This document shows, in pieces, positions 38,183-47,738 of a DNA stretch of 64,000 nucleotides (position 1 is the first letter of the stretch; the number at the start of each line of letters is the position of its first letter). The DNA comes from an archaeon (GTDB lineage Archaea; B1Sed10-29; WALL01): contig JBHOSQ010000001.1 of the NCBI GenBank assembly GCA_042584585.1, forward strand, positions 58,694 through 122,693. The letters are read 5' to 3'. Position numbers and translations under genes: made by a program. Below the pieces are notes generated by a model that was given only the letters and a program-made list of their open reading frames with translations, searched no databases and was not told the origin of the DNA.

Positions 38183-38440
38183 ATGTTTGAAGTTGCTTTG
38201 GGGGGCATTGCGTTCACGATAACCTTGGCCCATTTGTTGGTCGCGGTTTGCCTGGCGCTGTTCCTCGTGATGCTGGTAAAAACAGTTCATTTCGTGCTCG
38301 CGAAGCCAATGACCGCCATAATGGCGGCAGTAGTCTTTGTTCTCGCGGCAATGATTGTGCTTGAGCTCCTGGGCGTATTCAGCACCATGGACGCTGGCAT
38401 AGCCAGTACTGGGGCAATGATACTGAACATGGTTCCCTGA
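38183..38440 (+). CDS. Small membrane protein (85 aa)
   Basis: Two to three hydrophobic helices; TATA (ATATAAA) about 25 nt upstream. Confidence 0.65.
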   Translation: MFEVALGGIAFTITLAHLLVAVCLALFLVMLVKTVHFVLAKPMTAIMAAVVFVLAAMIVLELLGVFSTMDAGIASTGAMILNMVP

Positions 38441-38441
38441 C

Positions 38442-39668
38442 TTACCTAACGCGGATGGGATTTTTGAGGCACTCAATTCCAGGCATGGAGCTGCCGCACA
38501 AGTGGGCAAGCAGCGCGCCGCCGCCCGTCGTGATGTGGCCGAACTTGTCCTCGGGGATTCCGAGCTCGTGTATCGCGGCCAAAGTATGGCCGCCGCCGAT
38601 TAGGGAAAACGCTTTCGACTCCGCGATGGCGTTGAACACGATCTCACTGCCCTTGCGGAAGAGCTTGTTCTCGAAGAACCCTGGCGGGCCCTTGATGTTG
38701 ATGGTCTTCGCGCTTTTGATTAGTTCCGCGTAGTGCTCCGCGGTCTTGGTGCCGATGTCGAACACAATGCCGTCGGCAGGCAAGTCCTTGACGTCAATCT
38801 CGACACGCTTCCCGTCTTTCTCGAACGCAATGTCAACCGGCAGCTCAAGCTTGTCCTTGTAGTCCACGTAAATCTGCTTGACCTTGTTGAAGTTTTTCGC
38901 GTCGCCGTCTTCCTCGATGGCGAGCATGGTCTTGACGCCAACATTGTAGCCCGCGGCGGCGAGGAACAGGTTCCCGATGACGCCGCCCGTGAGGACCTTG
39001 TCCACACGGCCTTTCTCGAGCAGGTTCTCGACGGCTTGGATACAGTCGTCCGGCTTCGCGCCGCCGACGATGAAGAGCCTCGGCGGCTCAGCCATCTTGA
39101 TGGCCCGTTCGTTGGCCTTGATTTCTTCTTCCATGACCCTGCCTGCCACGGTCGGAAGGATGTGGCTGAACCCGATGATGGAAGCGTGTGGCCTGTGGGC
39201 CACTGAATAAGCGTCATTGACAAAGATGTCTGCGAGCGGGGCAAGCGTCTTCACAAGAATGCTTTCGGCGTGCTTTGCCGCGCCGTTTTCTTTTTCCTCT
39301 TCGGCGAGGAAGCGGATGTTCTCGAGCATCATTATTTCCGAGTCCCGCATTTCCTGAATGTAGCGGGCGACTCGCTTGCTCAATATTTCGTCGCAGTACC
39401 GGACGGGACGGCCGACGTACTGAGTGAGTGCGTCCGCGTGCGACTCCAGGCGCTGGAAGTCTGTTTTGCCTGCGCGGCCTTGGTGGGCCAGGACAACGAC
39501 TCTGGCGCCGCGCTCACTGAGCTCGCGAATGGTCTTGGCGTGCTCCACAAGCCGCTTCGAGTGGCCGAACTCGTCGGTCTCCCGAAGATATGGCAGGTTC
39601 AGGTCGATGCGGACCAACACGGTCTTTCCTTTGAAGTCGATGCCGTCCATGTACTGAATCGTTTGCAT
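38442..39668 (-). CDS. pgk: Phosphoglycerate kinase
   Basis: RIDLN, AHQGR, LENIRF, GGAK, GGGH, TGGGA. Confidence 0.97.
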   Translation of the reverse strand: MQTIQYMDGIDFKGKTVLVRIDLNLPYLRETDEFGHSKRLVEHAKTIRELSERGARVVVLAHQGRAGKTDFQRLESHADALTQYVGRPVRYCDEILSKRVARYIQEMRDSEIMMLENIRFLAEEEKENGAAKHAESILVKTLAPLADIFVNDAYSVAHRPHASIIGFSHILPTVAGRVMEEEIKANERAIKMAEPPRLFIVGGAKPDDCIQAVENLLEKGRVDKVLTGGVIGNLFLAAAGYNVGVKTMLAIEEDGDAKNFNKVKQIYVDYKDKLELPVDIAFEKDGKRVEIDVKDLPADGIVFDIGTKTAEHYAELIKSAKTINIKGPPGFFENKLFRKGSEIVFNAIAESKAFSLIGGGHTLAAIHELGIPEDKFGHITTGGGALLAHLCGSSMPGIECLKNPIRVR

Positions 39669-39695
39669 AAAAATCACTCTAGGCCTAGGGGCAAA

Positions 39696-40700
39696 TCACT
39701 TGATGCCCAGTGCCGCGTTTGTCTTTTTGATTGACGCCATGGCGTCGCTTTCCAGCCCCGTCATGGCGCGAATCGCGTCAATGTTTTCGGGGACAACGTC
39801 CGACTCCTGGTGCACGGCCTGGATGTAATAAAGCTCGCCGTTTTTGGAGTTGATGGTGTCTTCCCACACGGGGATTTCGTACAAGTCGCCCATGTAGCGC
39901 CCTAGCGAGCGGGCGTATTCCATGACCTCCGCGGTCGAGCGGAACCCGTCCTCGGAAGAAATAAGCTTTACGCGCGGTGTGTTGCGGAGCGCTTCGACGT
40001 AGTCGTCGCGCTTGATGTCGGTCTCGACCATCACGGTGTGCATGTGCATGATGGTTGTGGGGACTGCCACGGCCATTGACACGATGTCAATGTTTGGCAG
40101 CACGGTCTTCAGGTCCGGCCCGTGGTGGGACGGGACTTTTGTGACTGGGACGATGGCGTCGATTGGGCCTTTTTTGGACTCACCGGGGTCGGCTGCGCGG
40201 CGGATTAAGACGACGCGGATGCGGCCGATTTCGCCCAAGTCAGTCAAGGGCTTGATTGTTCTGGCTAAACCTGTAGTGTTACACGAAACGACGCGGACAA
40301 AGTCCTTGTTGATGGCTTCGCTGTAGTTACAGAGTGAGTTGAACGAGCACTGGGCCGTTGTCCCTGCCTCGCCGCCCTCAAAAATGGCTTTGATGCCGGC
40401 TTTTTCGTAAATGGGCTTGTTCTGCACCCCTACCTTGCCGGGAGTGCAGTCCACCATGATGTCACAGGCAGCGATTAAGTCGTCGATTGTGCCGCTGGCC
40501 TTCATGCCCTTCTCGTCGAAGAGCCCCATGTTTTCGGGGATTGAGCCGTATAAGTTGTATCCGTTGTCAAGCGCTATTTGGGCGTTGAAGTCCGGCTTGG
40601 TCTTGGCGACGCCCACCAATTCCATGTCGTCCTGTTTTGTGACAGCATAAGCTACCCTTTTTCCGATTACTCCGTATCCGTTTACACCTACGCGTACCAT
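39696..40700 (-). CDS. gap: Glyceraldehyde-3-phosphate dehydrogenase, archaeal type II
   Basis: NGYGVIGKRVA, VSCNTTGL, PSHHGPD, HQESDVVPENIDAIRAM. Confidence 0.97.
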   Translation of the reverse strand: MVRVGVNGYGVIGKRVAYAVTKQDDMELVGVAKTKPDFNAQIALDNGYNLYGSIPENMGLFDEKGMKASGTIDDLIAACDIMVDCTPGKVGVQNKPIYEKAGIKAIFEGGEAGTTAQCSFNSLCNYSEAINKDFVRVVSCNTTGLARTIKPLTDLGEIGRIRVVLIRRAADPGESKKGPIDAIVPVTKVPSHHGPDLKTVLPNIDIVSMAVAVPTTIMHMHTVMVETDIKRDDYVEALRNTPRVKLISSEDGFRSTAEVMEYARSLGRYMGDLYEIPVWEDTINSKNGELYYIQAVHQESDVVPENIDAIRAMTGLESDAMASIKKTNAALGIK

Positions 40701-40751
40701 AAGATGCCCCCCTAAAAGAGCAGTTACTATAATGGCTCTGGGTATTTAAAA

Positions 40752-41348
40752 CTACTTTAATACATTCCCTGTCTCGAGGTACCAAAGGTAAAGGTCCAGC
40801 TCCGCGAGCGTCAGGTTGGTTGCCTTGGCCAGTTTGGCAAGCTTTCCCTCGATTTCGAGGTATTCCTTCTTGGAGAGGGTTTTGGGCTTCTTGATCAGCT
40901 TGTGGCGGGCCAAAAGGTCCAGTATATGAAAGTCAATGATTGCGTAGTCGTCAAACCCGATGTTGCGGAGAAAATGGCTTGCTTCCTTCATGCCTATTCC
41001 CTTCACGTTCTTGACGAGCCAGTCCCTCTCAAGCACTAGGTCATGGCCACGGGCTGCGACGATGAAGGCGGCACGGCGGTTGTAGAAGCGGTAGCCCACC
41101 GACTTCAGCTCGGCGGCAAGCTTTTTCTCGGGGAACGAGTTGAAGCCCCTGCATTCCTTTTGGCACTTGATGCCAAGCTCGGCAGAAGTGTTCGCGGTTA
41201 GGAGGCAGAAGCAGAGCTCGCTGAAAAAGTCCTTGTTTTTCTTGAACTCGTGGATGCGCTTGTCGACCAAGCGCTTGACCGGCGAGGCCTGGAGTTGTTT
41301 TATTTCTTGACGAAGAGACCGCACCAGCACATCCCCTTGTTTTTCCAT
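40752..41348 (-). CDS. ogg: 8-oxoguanine N-glycosylase/DNA lyase (start uncertain)
   Basis: ELCFCLLTAN, GYRFYN, VKGIGMKEASHFLRN, DLYLWY. Confidence 0.92.
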   Translation of the reverse strand: MEKQGDVLVRSLRQEIKQLQASPVKRLVDKRIHEFKKNKDFFSELCFCLLTANTSAELGIKCQKECRGFNSFPEKKLAAELKSVGYRFYNRRAAFIVAARGHDLVLERDWLVKNVKGIGMKEASHFLRNIGFDDYAIIDFHILDLLARHKLIKKPKTLSKKEYLEIEGKLAKLAKATNLTLAELDLYLWYLETGNVLK

Positions 41349-41551
41349 GTTTCCTGGGCTTGGAAGTCGCATGGGCACAGGAACTCCCATTCCGTGCCGA
41401 GGCGGCACGGGCAATACCGAAGGCCCGTTACCCCCTGCTTTTTCATGATTCCATCGATTACGTTGTCAAGGAATTCGTTGTCTGGGTTGAGCCGGCAGCC
41501 CTGAGCGTCGGCGTAGTCGCGGCACACGCGCACGAACTCGTCGCGGTTCAT
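41300..41551 (-). CDS. Ferredoxin:thioredoxin reductase catalytic subunit
   Basis: YCPCR, LCPC and CWCGLF motifs; start at MNRDEF. Confidence 0.9.
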   Translation of the reverse strand: MNRDEFVRVCRDYADAQGCRLNPDNEFLDNVIDGIMKKQGVTGLRYCPCRLGTEWEFLCPCDFQAQETWKNKGMCWCGLFVKK

Positions 41552-41691
41552 AGCCCCATTACCTTCTTGGCTTCCCCGGCGTCGCTCTCTACGTACTTGT
41601 TTATTTGTTGGCACGTCGGGCACTTCTCGGGCCCGGCCATGCCGAAGTGGATGTCGTTGCACACTGTGCAGCGCCAGAATTTCTTTTCCAT
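41548..41691 (-). CDS. Rubredoxin-like small protein (47 aa, absent from the ORF track)
   Basis: Hand translation MEKKFWRCTVCNDIHFGMAGPEKCPTCQQINKYVESDAGEAKKVMGL; ATGA overlap with the FTR gene. Confidence 0.88.
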   Translation of the reverse strand: MEKKFWRCTVCNDIHFGMAGPEKCPTCQQINKYVESDAGEAKKVMGL

Positions 41692-41703
41692 TTTTGGTGG
41701 CCC

Positions 41704-42129
41704 CTAAATGCGTTTCTCGACTTTGCGCTTCCACTTGGCAAAGTTGACGATTGAATGGACGAGCTCATTCTGCTTGCCCCTCAGCGCCTTTATGTGGCGA
41801 AGGGAGGTGCGCAGGTCCTCAAGCATGTGGTGCACAGTGATGAGGATGAACAGCACGAATGCCGCGGCCACGAGGAATATGAAGCTAAGCACGAAGTTCA
41901 GCCACTGCGTGAGGTCAACGCGGTAGGCCAATAGGTACAGCGCCTCAAAGTAGCCGAACACAAACAATACCACGAAAAAGAGCATTCCGCTCCACGTCTT
42001 CTCGAACTTGCTCTTCAGCGTATAGGCACGGATAACCCACAGGTGGTACGCCGTTGCCAAAAGGAAAAACAATCCTCCGAGCACCATGAGAATGTGCAAG
42101 TTGTGGTTTAGGAGAATCTCTAGAACCAT
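41704..42129 (-). CDS. Three-TM membrane protein with a short coiled-coil tail
   Basis: Start at MVLEILL; three hydrophobic helices. Confidence 0.7.
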   Translation of the reverse strand: MVLEILLNHNLHILMVLGGLFFLLATAYHLWVIRAYTLKSKFEKTWSGMLFFVVLFVFGYFEALYLLAYRVDLTQWLNFVLSFIFLVAAAFVLFILITVHHMLEDLRTSLRHIKALRGKQNELVHSIVNFAKWKRKVEKRI

Positions 42130-42160
42130 AGGCGAGAAAACTGCTTCGGGATATTTAAGG

Positions 42161-42529
42161 CTAAGCCTTCCACAGGCCGTGGATGCTGCAGTACTCGCGG
42201 ACCAAGTTGTAATCGGCCACCGGGAACTCGGCCTCTGGGGCGTCGCCAGGGCTGAGGTAATGCAGGTACACGTCGTCGCCCGCAGTGACTTCAATCCACT
42301 GAATCCAGTGCTCGGCCTCCATCGGATGGGCCACCGAGCCCACGCGGACAAGAATGCCGCCGTCCGTTTTCTCGACCACGGGCACATGCTTTTCCTTGCC
42401 CTCGTCCGCAGCCTTTTCCTCAATGGGCGAAAGCCGGTTGCTGCACGAGGACGTGCACTCTCCCGGGCTGAGGACTTCTATGATGCCTCCACACGGTGTC
42501 TTCAGTATGTCCCCTCTTTTCTTTGCCAT
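42161..42529 (-). CDS. sor: Superoxide reductase (desulfoferrodoxin family)
   Basis: EKHVP, HPMEAEHWIQWIE and YCSIHGLW centre-II ligands. Confidence 0.93.
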   Translation of the reverse strand: MAKKRGDILKTPCGGIIEVLSPGECTSSCSNRLSPIEEKAADEGKEKHVPVVEKTDGGILVRVGSVAHPMEAEHWIQWIEVTAGDDVYLHYLSPGDAPEAEFPVADYNLVREYCSIHGLWKA

Positions 42530-42579
42530 GACAACCACTTTAATATACCTGTGGCTCGTAAGACGGCGCAGGTGTTTTT

Positions 42580-43101
42580 ATGCTTAATCTTTTTGTCTGC
42601 CAAATCTGTGGCGAGCCGCATCTCGCCGACGAAGTGCCCACGGACTGCCAATTTTGTGGTGCCCCGAAAAACTACTTGAAGCCCGCGGAAGAGTTCTCTC
42701 CCGTTTGGGGAATCGAGCTCACGGACCAGGAAAAGCAGGACGTCGAGGCAACACTCGCGCTTGAGGTCAACGCGACCGCGTTTTATTTGGACGCGGCGAA
42801 GGCCAACCAAAAGTACACCAAGTACGAGCGATTGTTCAAGGCATTCGCAAGGGTGGAAAAGGAGCACGCGGATGTCGCCGCCAAAATACTTGGCGTGGAC
42901 GTGCCCGATTTTGTTGGAGAGAAAACGCGGGGCAGCCCGGAAGCCGATTTGGAGCGGACAAAGGAGCTCGAGACCGGTGCCGTGGCCCACTACGCGGAAT
43001 TCATGGCACGTGCCACCAGCGAGAAAATGAAGAACTTCTTCAACGCGTTCAAGCACGCCGAGGAAGGCCACCGGGACTACGCGACGGCAGAGCTGGCGTA
43101 G
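42580..43101 (+). CDS. Reverse-rubrerythrin-like protein (rubredoxin + ferritin-like diiron domain)
   Basis: CQIC...CQFC; E..A..FY, EKEH, E..A..HY, EEGH. Confidence 0.88.
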   Translation: MLNLFVCQICGEPHLADEVPTDCQFCGAPKNYLKPAEEFSPVWGIELTDQEKQDVEATLALEVNATAFYLDAAKANQKYTKYERLFKAFARVEKEHADVAAKILGVDVPDFVGEKTRGSPEADLERTKELETGAVAHYAEFMARATSEKMKNFFNAFKHAEEGHRDYATAELA

Positions 43102-43105
43102 TCTC

Positions 43106-44287
43106 ATGTGGGGCAAGGAATACCTGACAATATTCATAATCCTGGTAACGGAAGTGCTGGGCTTCTCGCTCATACTTCCGTTCCTCCCTTTCTTTGCCCA
43201 GGACCTCGGCGCCAGCCCCATTATGATTGGGCTATTGTTCGCCGTGTTCCCGTTCTTCCAGCTTTTTTCCGCGCCAATAATGGGAAAGCTCAGCGACCAC
43301 TACGGCCGCAAGCCGCTGCTGATAATTTCACAGCTCGCGACGGGAATCAGCTTTCTTGTGCTCGGCTTCTCGGCCGCGCTCTGGATGATTTTCCTCTCCC
43401 GAATAATTGACGGGCTGTTGGGCAGCAACTTCACGATTGCCCAGGCATACCTAAGCGACATCTCCACGAAAAAGGACAGGAGCATCGCGTTCGGCGTCAG
43501 CGGCGCAGCGTTCGGCGTCGGGTTCCTCATCGGGCCCGGCATCGGGGGGTGGCTCGCGCAGTACAGCTACTCGCTCCCGAGCTTCCTCGCCGCCAGCATG
43601 AGCCTCGTCAGCATCGCAATGATTGTGTGGTTCCTGCCCGAGACGGTCAAGCGGAAGCAGGGCCGGATAAAACTCGACGGAATCAGGCTTTCGGAATTCA
43701 GCAAGTACTTCAGGCGCGAAAAGCTGTCCGCGTCGCTTTGGACGTTTTTCACGTTCATCCTCGCCCACGCAATCTTCGTCAGCATGCTCGCGCTCTACGC
43801 CGAGAGGCAGCTCGGGCTCGGGCCCGCCAACGTCGGGCTCGCTCTCACCTACGTCGGGCTCATCAGCATAGTGATACGTGGCGGGCTGCTCCCAAGAATG
43901 GTTAAGTCCTTCGGCGAAAAGCGGCTGCAGTACATAGGCGTGCTGGCCATACTTGCGGGCCTCGGAATCTCCGCGTTCGCGGGCCAATGGCAAGTGTTCT
44001 TGGTCGGGATGACCCTGTTCGCGTTCGGCTCCGGAGTGTCCCGCCCGGTGATGATGGGAGACATCTCGAGAAGGGTGTCGGAAAAAGAGCAGGGCGCAAT
44101 AATGGGCGTGGCGAACTCGCTCGGCAGCTTCACGGGAATAATCGGTCCGCTTATGGGCGGGTTTTTGATCAACTATTTCTTCCCCGGAAGCGTGATGCTC
44201 GCCGGGGCAGTGGTAATGCTGTTCGGGCTGGGCATGATGCTGCGGAACGAAGAGAAGCATCTACGCGAAATAATTCTTGGCCGCTAG
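43106..44287 (+). CDS. MFS transporter, TetA/DHA1-like
   Basis: GKLSDHYGRKP motif A, AQAYLSDI, GFLIGPGIGG. Confidence 0.92.
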   Translation: MWGKEYLTIFIILVTEVLGFSLILPFLPFFAQDLGASPIMIGLLFAVFPFFQLFSAPIMGKLSDHYGRKPLLIISQLATGISFLVLGFSAALWMIFLSRIIDGLLGSNFTIAQAYLSDISTKKDRSIAFGVSGAAFGVGFLIGPGIGGWLAQYSYSLPSFLAASMSLVSIAMIVWFLPETVKRKQGRIKLDGIRLSEFSKYFRREKLSASLWTFFTFILAHAIFVSMLALYAERQLGLGPANVGLALTYVGLISIVIRGGLLPRMVKSFGEKRLQYIGVLAILAGLGISAFAGQWQVFLVGMTLFAFGSGVSRPVMMGDISRRVSEKEQGAIMGVANSLGSFTGIIGPLMGGFLINYFFPGSVMLAGAVVMLFGLGMMLRNEEKHLREIILGR

Positions 44288-44293
44288 TGCACC

Positions 44294-44899
44294 TTATTCC
44301 TTCCCGCGTTGCCCGAGCTTCAGGCCCTCGTCGAACGCCTGCCTGTTCTCGCCAGCCATCCGTGGCAAAGACTTTATTATCGAGTGGAAGCTGGACGGCT
44401 TCAGTGGCAGCAATCCCGCGCCGACCGTGGCGCCAAGCAGCATGGTGTTACCGAGCACAGCGGCGCCGAACTCGTCCTTCGCCAAGTGATGGGTGTTGAA
44501 GACCATCAATTCCTTTGCGAACGGCTTCACCCGCTTCGTTATTTCTGCCATTGGGGGATAAGGCATGTCAAGCAGGTTGGCATAAACCGGCATGTAGGGG
44601 TACTCGTCGATTACGAACACGGTCTTGTCCTTGCTGGCGTAGTGCGTCGCGCGCGCCGCCTCCAAGGGCTCGAAAGCAATAACCAGGTCCGCGGTGCCCT
44701 CGGTGATTGTTGGGGAAATGACGTCTTTGTCCGAGCCGAACCTCACAATCGTGGGGATGGACCCGCCGCGCTGCGCCAACCCGTGGAGCTGGATGCCGCG
44801 GACAAAGTGGCCCTCGAGCTGTGCCGCTTGCGCGATTATCGTGCCTGCGGTCAAAACGCCTTCGCCGCCCACGCCGATGAGCATCACGTTGAAGTTCAT
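44294..44899 (-). CDS. iorB: Indolepyruvate:ferredoxin oxidoreductase subunit beta
   Basis: GVGGEG, HGLAQRGG, FEPLEAAR, NTMLLGA; ATGA overlap with iorA. Confidence 0.92.
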   Translation of the reverse strand: MNFNVMLIGVGGEGVLTAGTIIAQAAQLEGHFVRGIQLHGLAQRGGSIPTIVRFGSDKDVISPTITEGTADLVIAFEPLEAARATHYASKDKTVFVIDEYPYMPVYANLLDMPYPPMAEITKRVKPFAKELMVFNTHHLAKDEFGAAVLGNTMLLGATVGAGLLPLKPSSFHSIIKSLPRMAGENRQAFDEGLKLGQRGKE

Positions 44900-46764
44900 T
44901 TTTTCACCTCCACACCAATTGCCTTGAACGGGCAAATTTGGCTGCACACCGAGCAGCCCCAGCAGTGGTCCGTGTTTATTGTGTATGTCGGCTCGTCGCC
45001 CTTCTTCTCGCGCAGCTCCACAATCGCGGGGCACGCGAAGTGGTCGGTGCAGATGCCGCACTTCTTGCACTTGTCCTGGTTGATTTGAAACGTCGGGAAA
45101 GAAGTGCCCTGCCTGCGGAGCTTGCGCTTCGTTAGCAGCCGGCACTCGCCCCGGCTCACGAGCACGCGAAGTCCTTTGGCCTTCCTTAATTTCCCGAGCT
45201 TGTCCAGCAAGTCGCGCTGGCTGAACGAGTTCGCCACCTCGACCGTCGCGCCCATTGCGTAGGCAACGTCCTCAATCGGGAGTTTCTTCACTACTTCACC
45301 CATTCCCGTTAGGCCTGTTGACGGATTTGGCTGGTGGCCCGTCATCGCGGTGATGCTGTTGTCCATCACGATTACGAGGGGGCTCTTTGAGTCATTGAAC
45401 GCCAGGTTGGCGAGGCCGGGCATCGCGGCGTGGAAAAACGTTGAGTCGCCGACGAACGCGATTACGTCCTGGTCGCTGACGCGGGTTATCCCATGGGCAA
45501 TCCCGAGGCTCGCGCCCATGCTGACCATGAAGTCCTGCATCCTGAACGGCTCGAACAAGCCAAGGACATAGCACCCTACGTCGCCAGCGAACACCACGTT
45601 CTTGCCGAAAATCTTTTCGACCGCGTAAAACGTGGAGCGGTGCGGGCAGCCCGGGCAGAACACCGGCTTGCGCGGGGGCAATCCCTTGATTGCGTTGTCC
45701 GCGTTCTTTTGGTGAGTGGAAAACGACGGCACCTTCTTCCTCAAGGCCTTTCCAATGGCGGGAATAATCAGTTCGGGGGTGTACTCGCCGTAGCGCGGTA
45801 GCAAGTCCTTGCCGTGGACCACGAGCTTGTGGTTGGTGTCCTTCGCCACGAGGTTGACAAAGTCCTCGATTACGGGCTCGAGCTCTTCGACCACGAGAAC
45901 CGCTTTTTTCTTTTTGATGAAGTTCTTGATTGCCGCCTTCGGCAGCGGGTGCACCATCCCGATTTTGAGGATGGGCGCGCTCAGCCCAAGGTCGTGTAGG
46001 GCTTGGCGCACGTAGTCGTAGCTGACGCCCGAGACAATGATTCCGACACGGCCCTTGCCGCGGATTGACTTAACGAATTTCTTGGAGTCTTTTTCGATTT
46101 TGACTAGGCGCTCGTCGGCTGCCTTGTGCCGCTTCTGCAGGTTCGGGCGGAGCAATAGGTAGCGGTTGAAGTCTTTCCTGAACTCGCCGTTTTTGTTGGG
46201 GGGCTTTATTTTGCCCACTTTGACCGTGCCGATGGAGTGGCTGGTTTTGGTGGTGGTGCGGAGGAACACTGGCACGCCGTATTTTTCCGAGAGTGTGAAA
46301 GCGGCTTTTGTGTACTCGAGGCATTCCTGTGGGTTGCTTGGCTCAATCATGGGCATGCGGAACATTTTGGCGTAGTAGCGGGTGTCCTGCTCGCTTTGGG
46401 CGGAGGACCATCCCTGCGGGTCGTCCGCGACCATGACGACGAGCCCGGCCTTGACGCCGGTGTACGCGATTGGCCCCATTGAGTCGGCCGCTACGTTGAG
46501 GCCGAAGTGCTTCATGGCGGTCATGGCCCTGACGCCGCTCCACGCAGCGCCGACCGCGGTCTCGAGCGCTACTTTTTCGTTGGTGGAGTACTCGAAGTAA
46601 ACGCCAGTTTTTTTGGCGATTTTGGACATGGTTATCGGGACTTCGGAACTGGGGGTGCCCGGGTATGCAGCGAACACACCGACTCCTGCCTCAAGGGCTC
46701 CGCGGGCAATCGCTTCGTTGCCGAGAAGAACGGTTTTTGAGTTGGGGCTGGCGAGTACACTCAT
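44896..46764 (-). CDS. iorA: Indolepyruvate:ferredoxin oxidoreductase subunit alpha
   Basis: LGNEAIARGA, YPGTPSSE, CPGCPHR, GDSTFFH, C-terminal ferredoxin domain. Confidence 0.95.
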   Translation of the reverse strand: MSVLASPNSKTVLLGNEAIARGALEAGVGVFAAYPGTPSSEVPITMSKIAKKTGVYFEYSTNEKVALETAVGAAWSGVRAMTAMKHFGLNVAADSMGPIAYTGVKAGLVVMVADDPQGWSSAQSEQDTRYYAKMFRMPMIEPSNPQECLEYTKAAFTLSEKYGVPVFLRTTTKTSHSIGTVKVGKIKPPNKNGEFRKDFNRYLLLRPNLQKRHKAADERLVKIEKDSKKFVKSIRGKGRVGIIVSGVSYDYVRQALHDLGLSAPILKIGMVHPLPKAAIKNFIKKKKAVLVVEELEPVIEDFVNLVAKDTNHKLVVHGKDLLPRYGEYTPELIIPAIGKALRKKVPSFSTHQKNADNAIKGLPPRKPVFCPGCPHRSTFYAVEKIFGKNVVFAGDVGCYVLGLFEPFRMQDFMVSMGASLGIAHGITRVSDQDVIAFVGDSTFFHAAMPGLANLAFNDSKSPLVIVMDNSITAMTGHQPNPSTGLTGMGEVVKKLPIEDVAYAMGATVEVANSFSQRDLLDKLGKLRKAKGLRVLVSRGECRLLTKRKLRRQGTSFPTFQINQDKCKKCGICTDHFACPAIVELREKKGDEPTYTINTDHCWGCSVCSQICPFKAIGVEVKK

Positions 46765-46823
46765 GGCGAAACAAACTCCGCCAAGGTATTTATTTTTATT
46801 GATTGGGTGTATAGGAAAGCAAT

Positions 46824-47738
46824 GTGATAGTCGACGTCATATTCCTCGTCGCCGGGTTGGGCTTGCTCGTCTTCTCGAGCCGCCAGGCCGTGGACTCGGC
46901 GATTAAGCTGGCGACCTCCGCGAAGGTCGCGCCGCTTATCATCGGCATCGTGATTCTCGCGTTCGGCACGTCACTCCCCGAAATAGCGATTTCTGTTGAC
47001 TCCGCAGTTGCGGGCCACGGCGACATCAACGTGGGCAACTCGTTCGGGTCACTGCTGTCACAAATCACTTTGATTCTGGGGCTCGTCGTCCTGGTGGGCG
47101 GCACAATCCACCTCAAAAGAAACAACGTGCTCGTGCTCGGGGGCTGCGCGATAGTGGCAGCCATACTCGCCGTGCTCGTGGTCGAGAAGGGAATGATTAC
47201 GCGCGTGGACGGGCTTTTGCTCTTTGTGGCTTATGCGGTGCTGCTGTTCTTTTCGTACCGCTACCTCAAGCTGGAGAAACAAATACACAAGGTAGACCAC
47301 GAGCAGCTAAAGCACTTGGGCATCATCCTGCTTGGGCTCATTGGCGTTGGAATCGGCGCACACTTCACGATTAATTCGGTGATATCCTTGTCTGCCGCGT
47401 TCGCGCTGCCGGAATACTTAATCAGCTTCTTTGCGGTTGGGCTGGGGACTTCGCTGCCGGAACTTGTTGTGGACTTGGTCGCGGTGAGCAAGAAGCAGTA
47501 CGGCCTTGCGGTTGGAAACTTGTTGGGTAGCAACCTCATGGACGCGACAATCGGGCTGGGGGCTGGGCCGTTGATTGCGCCGCACGTCGTGGGGAGCGGG
47601 ATTGCCACGGCGACTGGGTGGTACGTCATTTTTGCTTCGGCGGTTGTAGTGCTTTTGTTCGCATTGCGGGAAAAGCTGGACCGCAAGGCAGCGATTGTTT
47701 TGTTGGCGCTTTACTTCACGGCGTTCCTTATTTTATGA
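46824..47738 (+). CDS. Sodium:calcium antiporter (CaCA/YrbG family)
   Basis: Two GTSLPE...GN..GS alpha repeats. Confidence 0.92.
   Translation: MIVDVIFLVAGLGLLVFSSRQAVDSAIKLATSAKVAPLIIGIVILAFGTSLPEIAISVDSAVAGHGDINVGNSFGSLLSQITLILGLVVLVGGTIHLKRNNVLVLGGCAIVAAILAVLVVEKGMITRVDGLLLFVAYAVLLFFSYRYLKLEKQIHKVDHEQLKHLGIILLGLIGVGIGAHFTINSVISLSAAFALPEYLISFFAVGLGTSLPELVVDLVAVSKKQYGLAVGNLLGSNLMDATIGLGAGPLIAPHVVGSGIATATGWYVIFASAVVVLLFALREKLDRKAAIVLLALYFTAFLIL

Noticed and set aside
41300-42423. Long N-terminal extensions of the FTR (to 41734) and membrane-protein (to 42423) ORFs as fusions or frameshifts
   Set aside because: The extensions overlap the rubredoxin-like and SOR genes in other frames; internal ATG starts explain the genes
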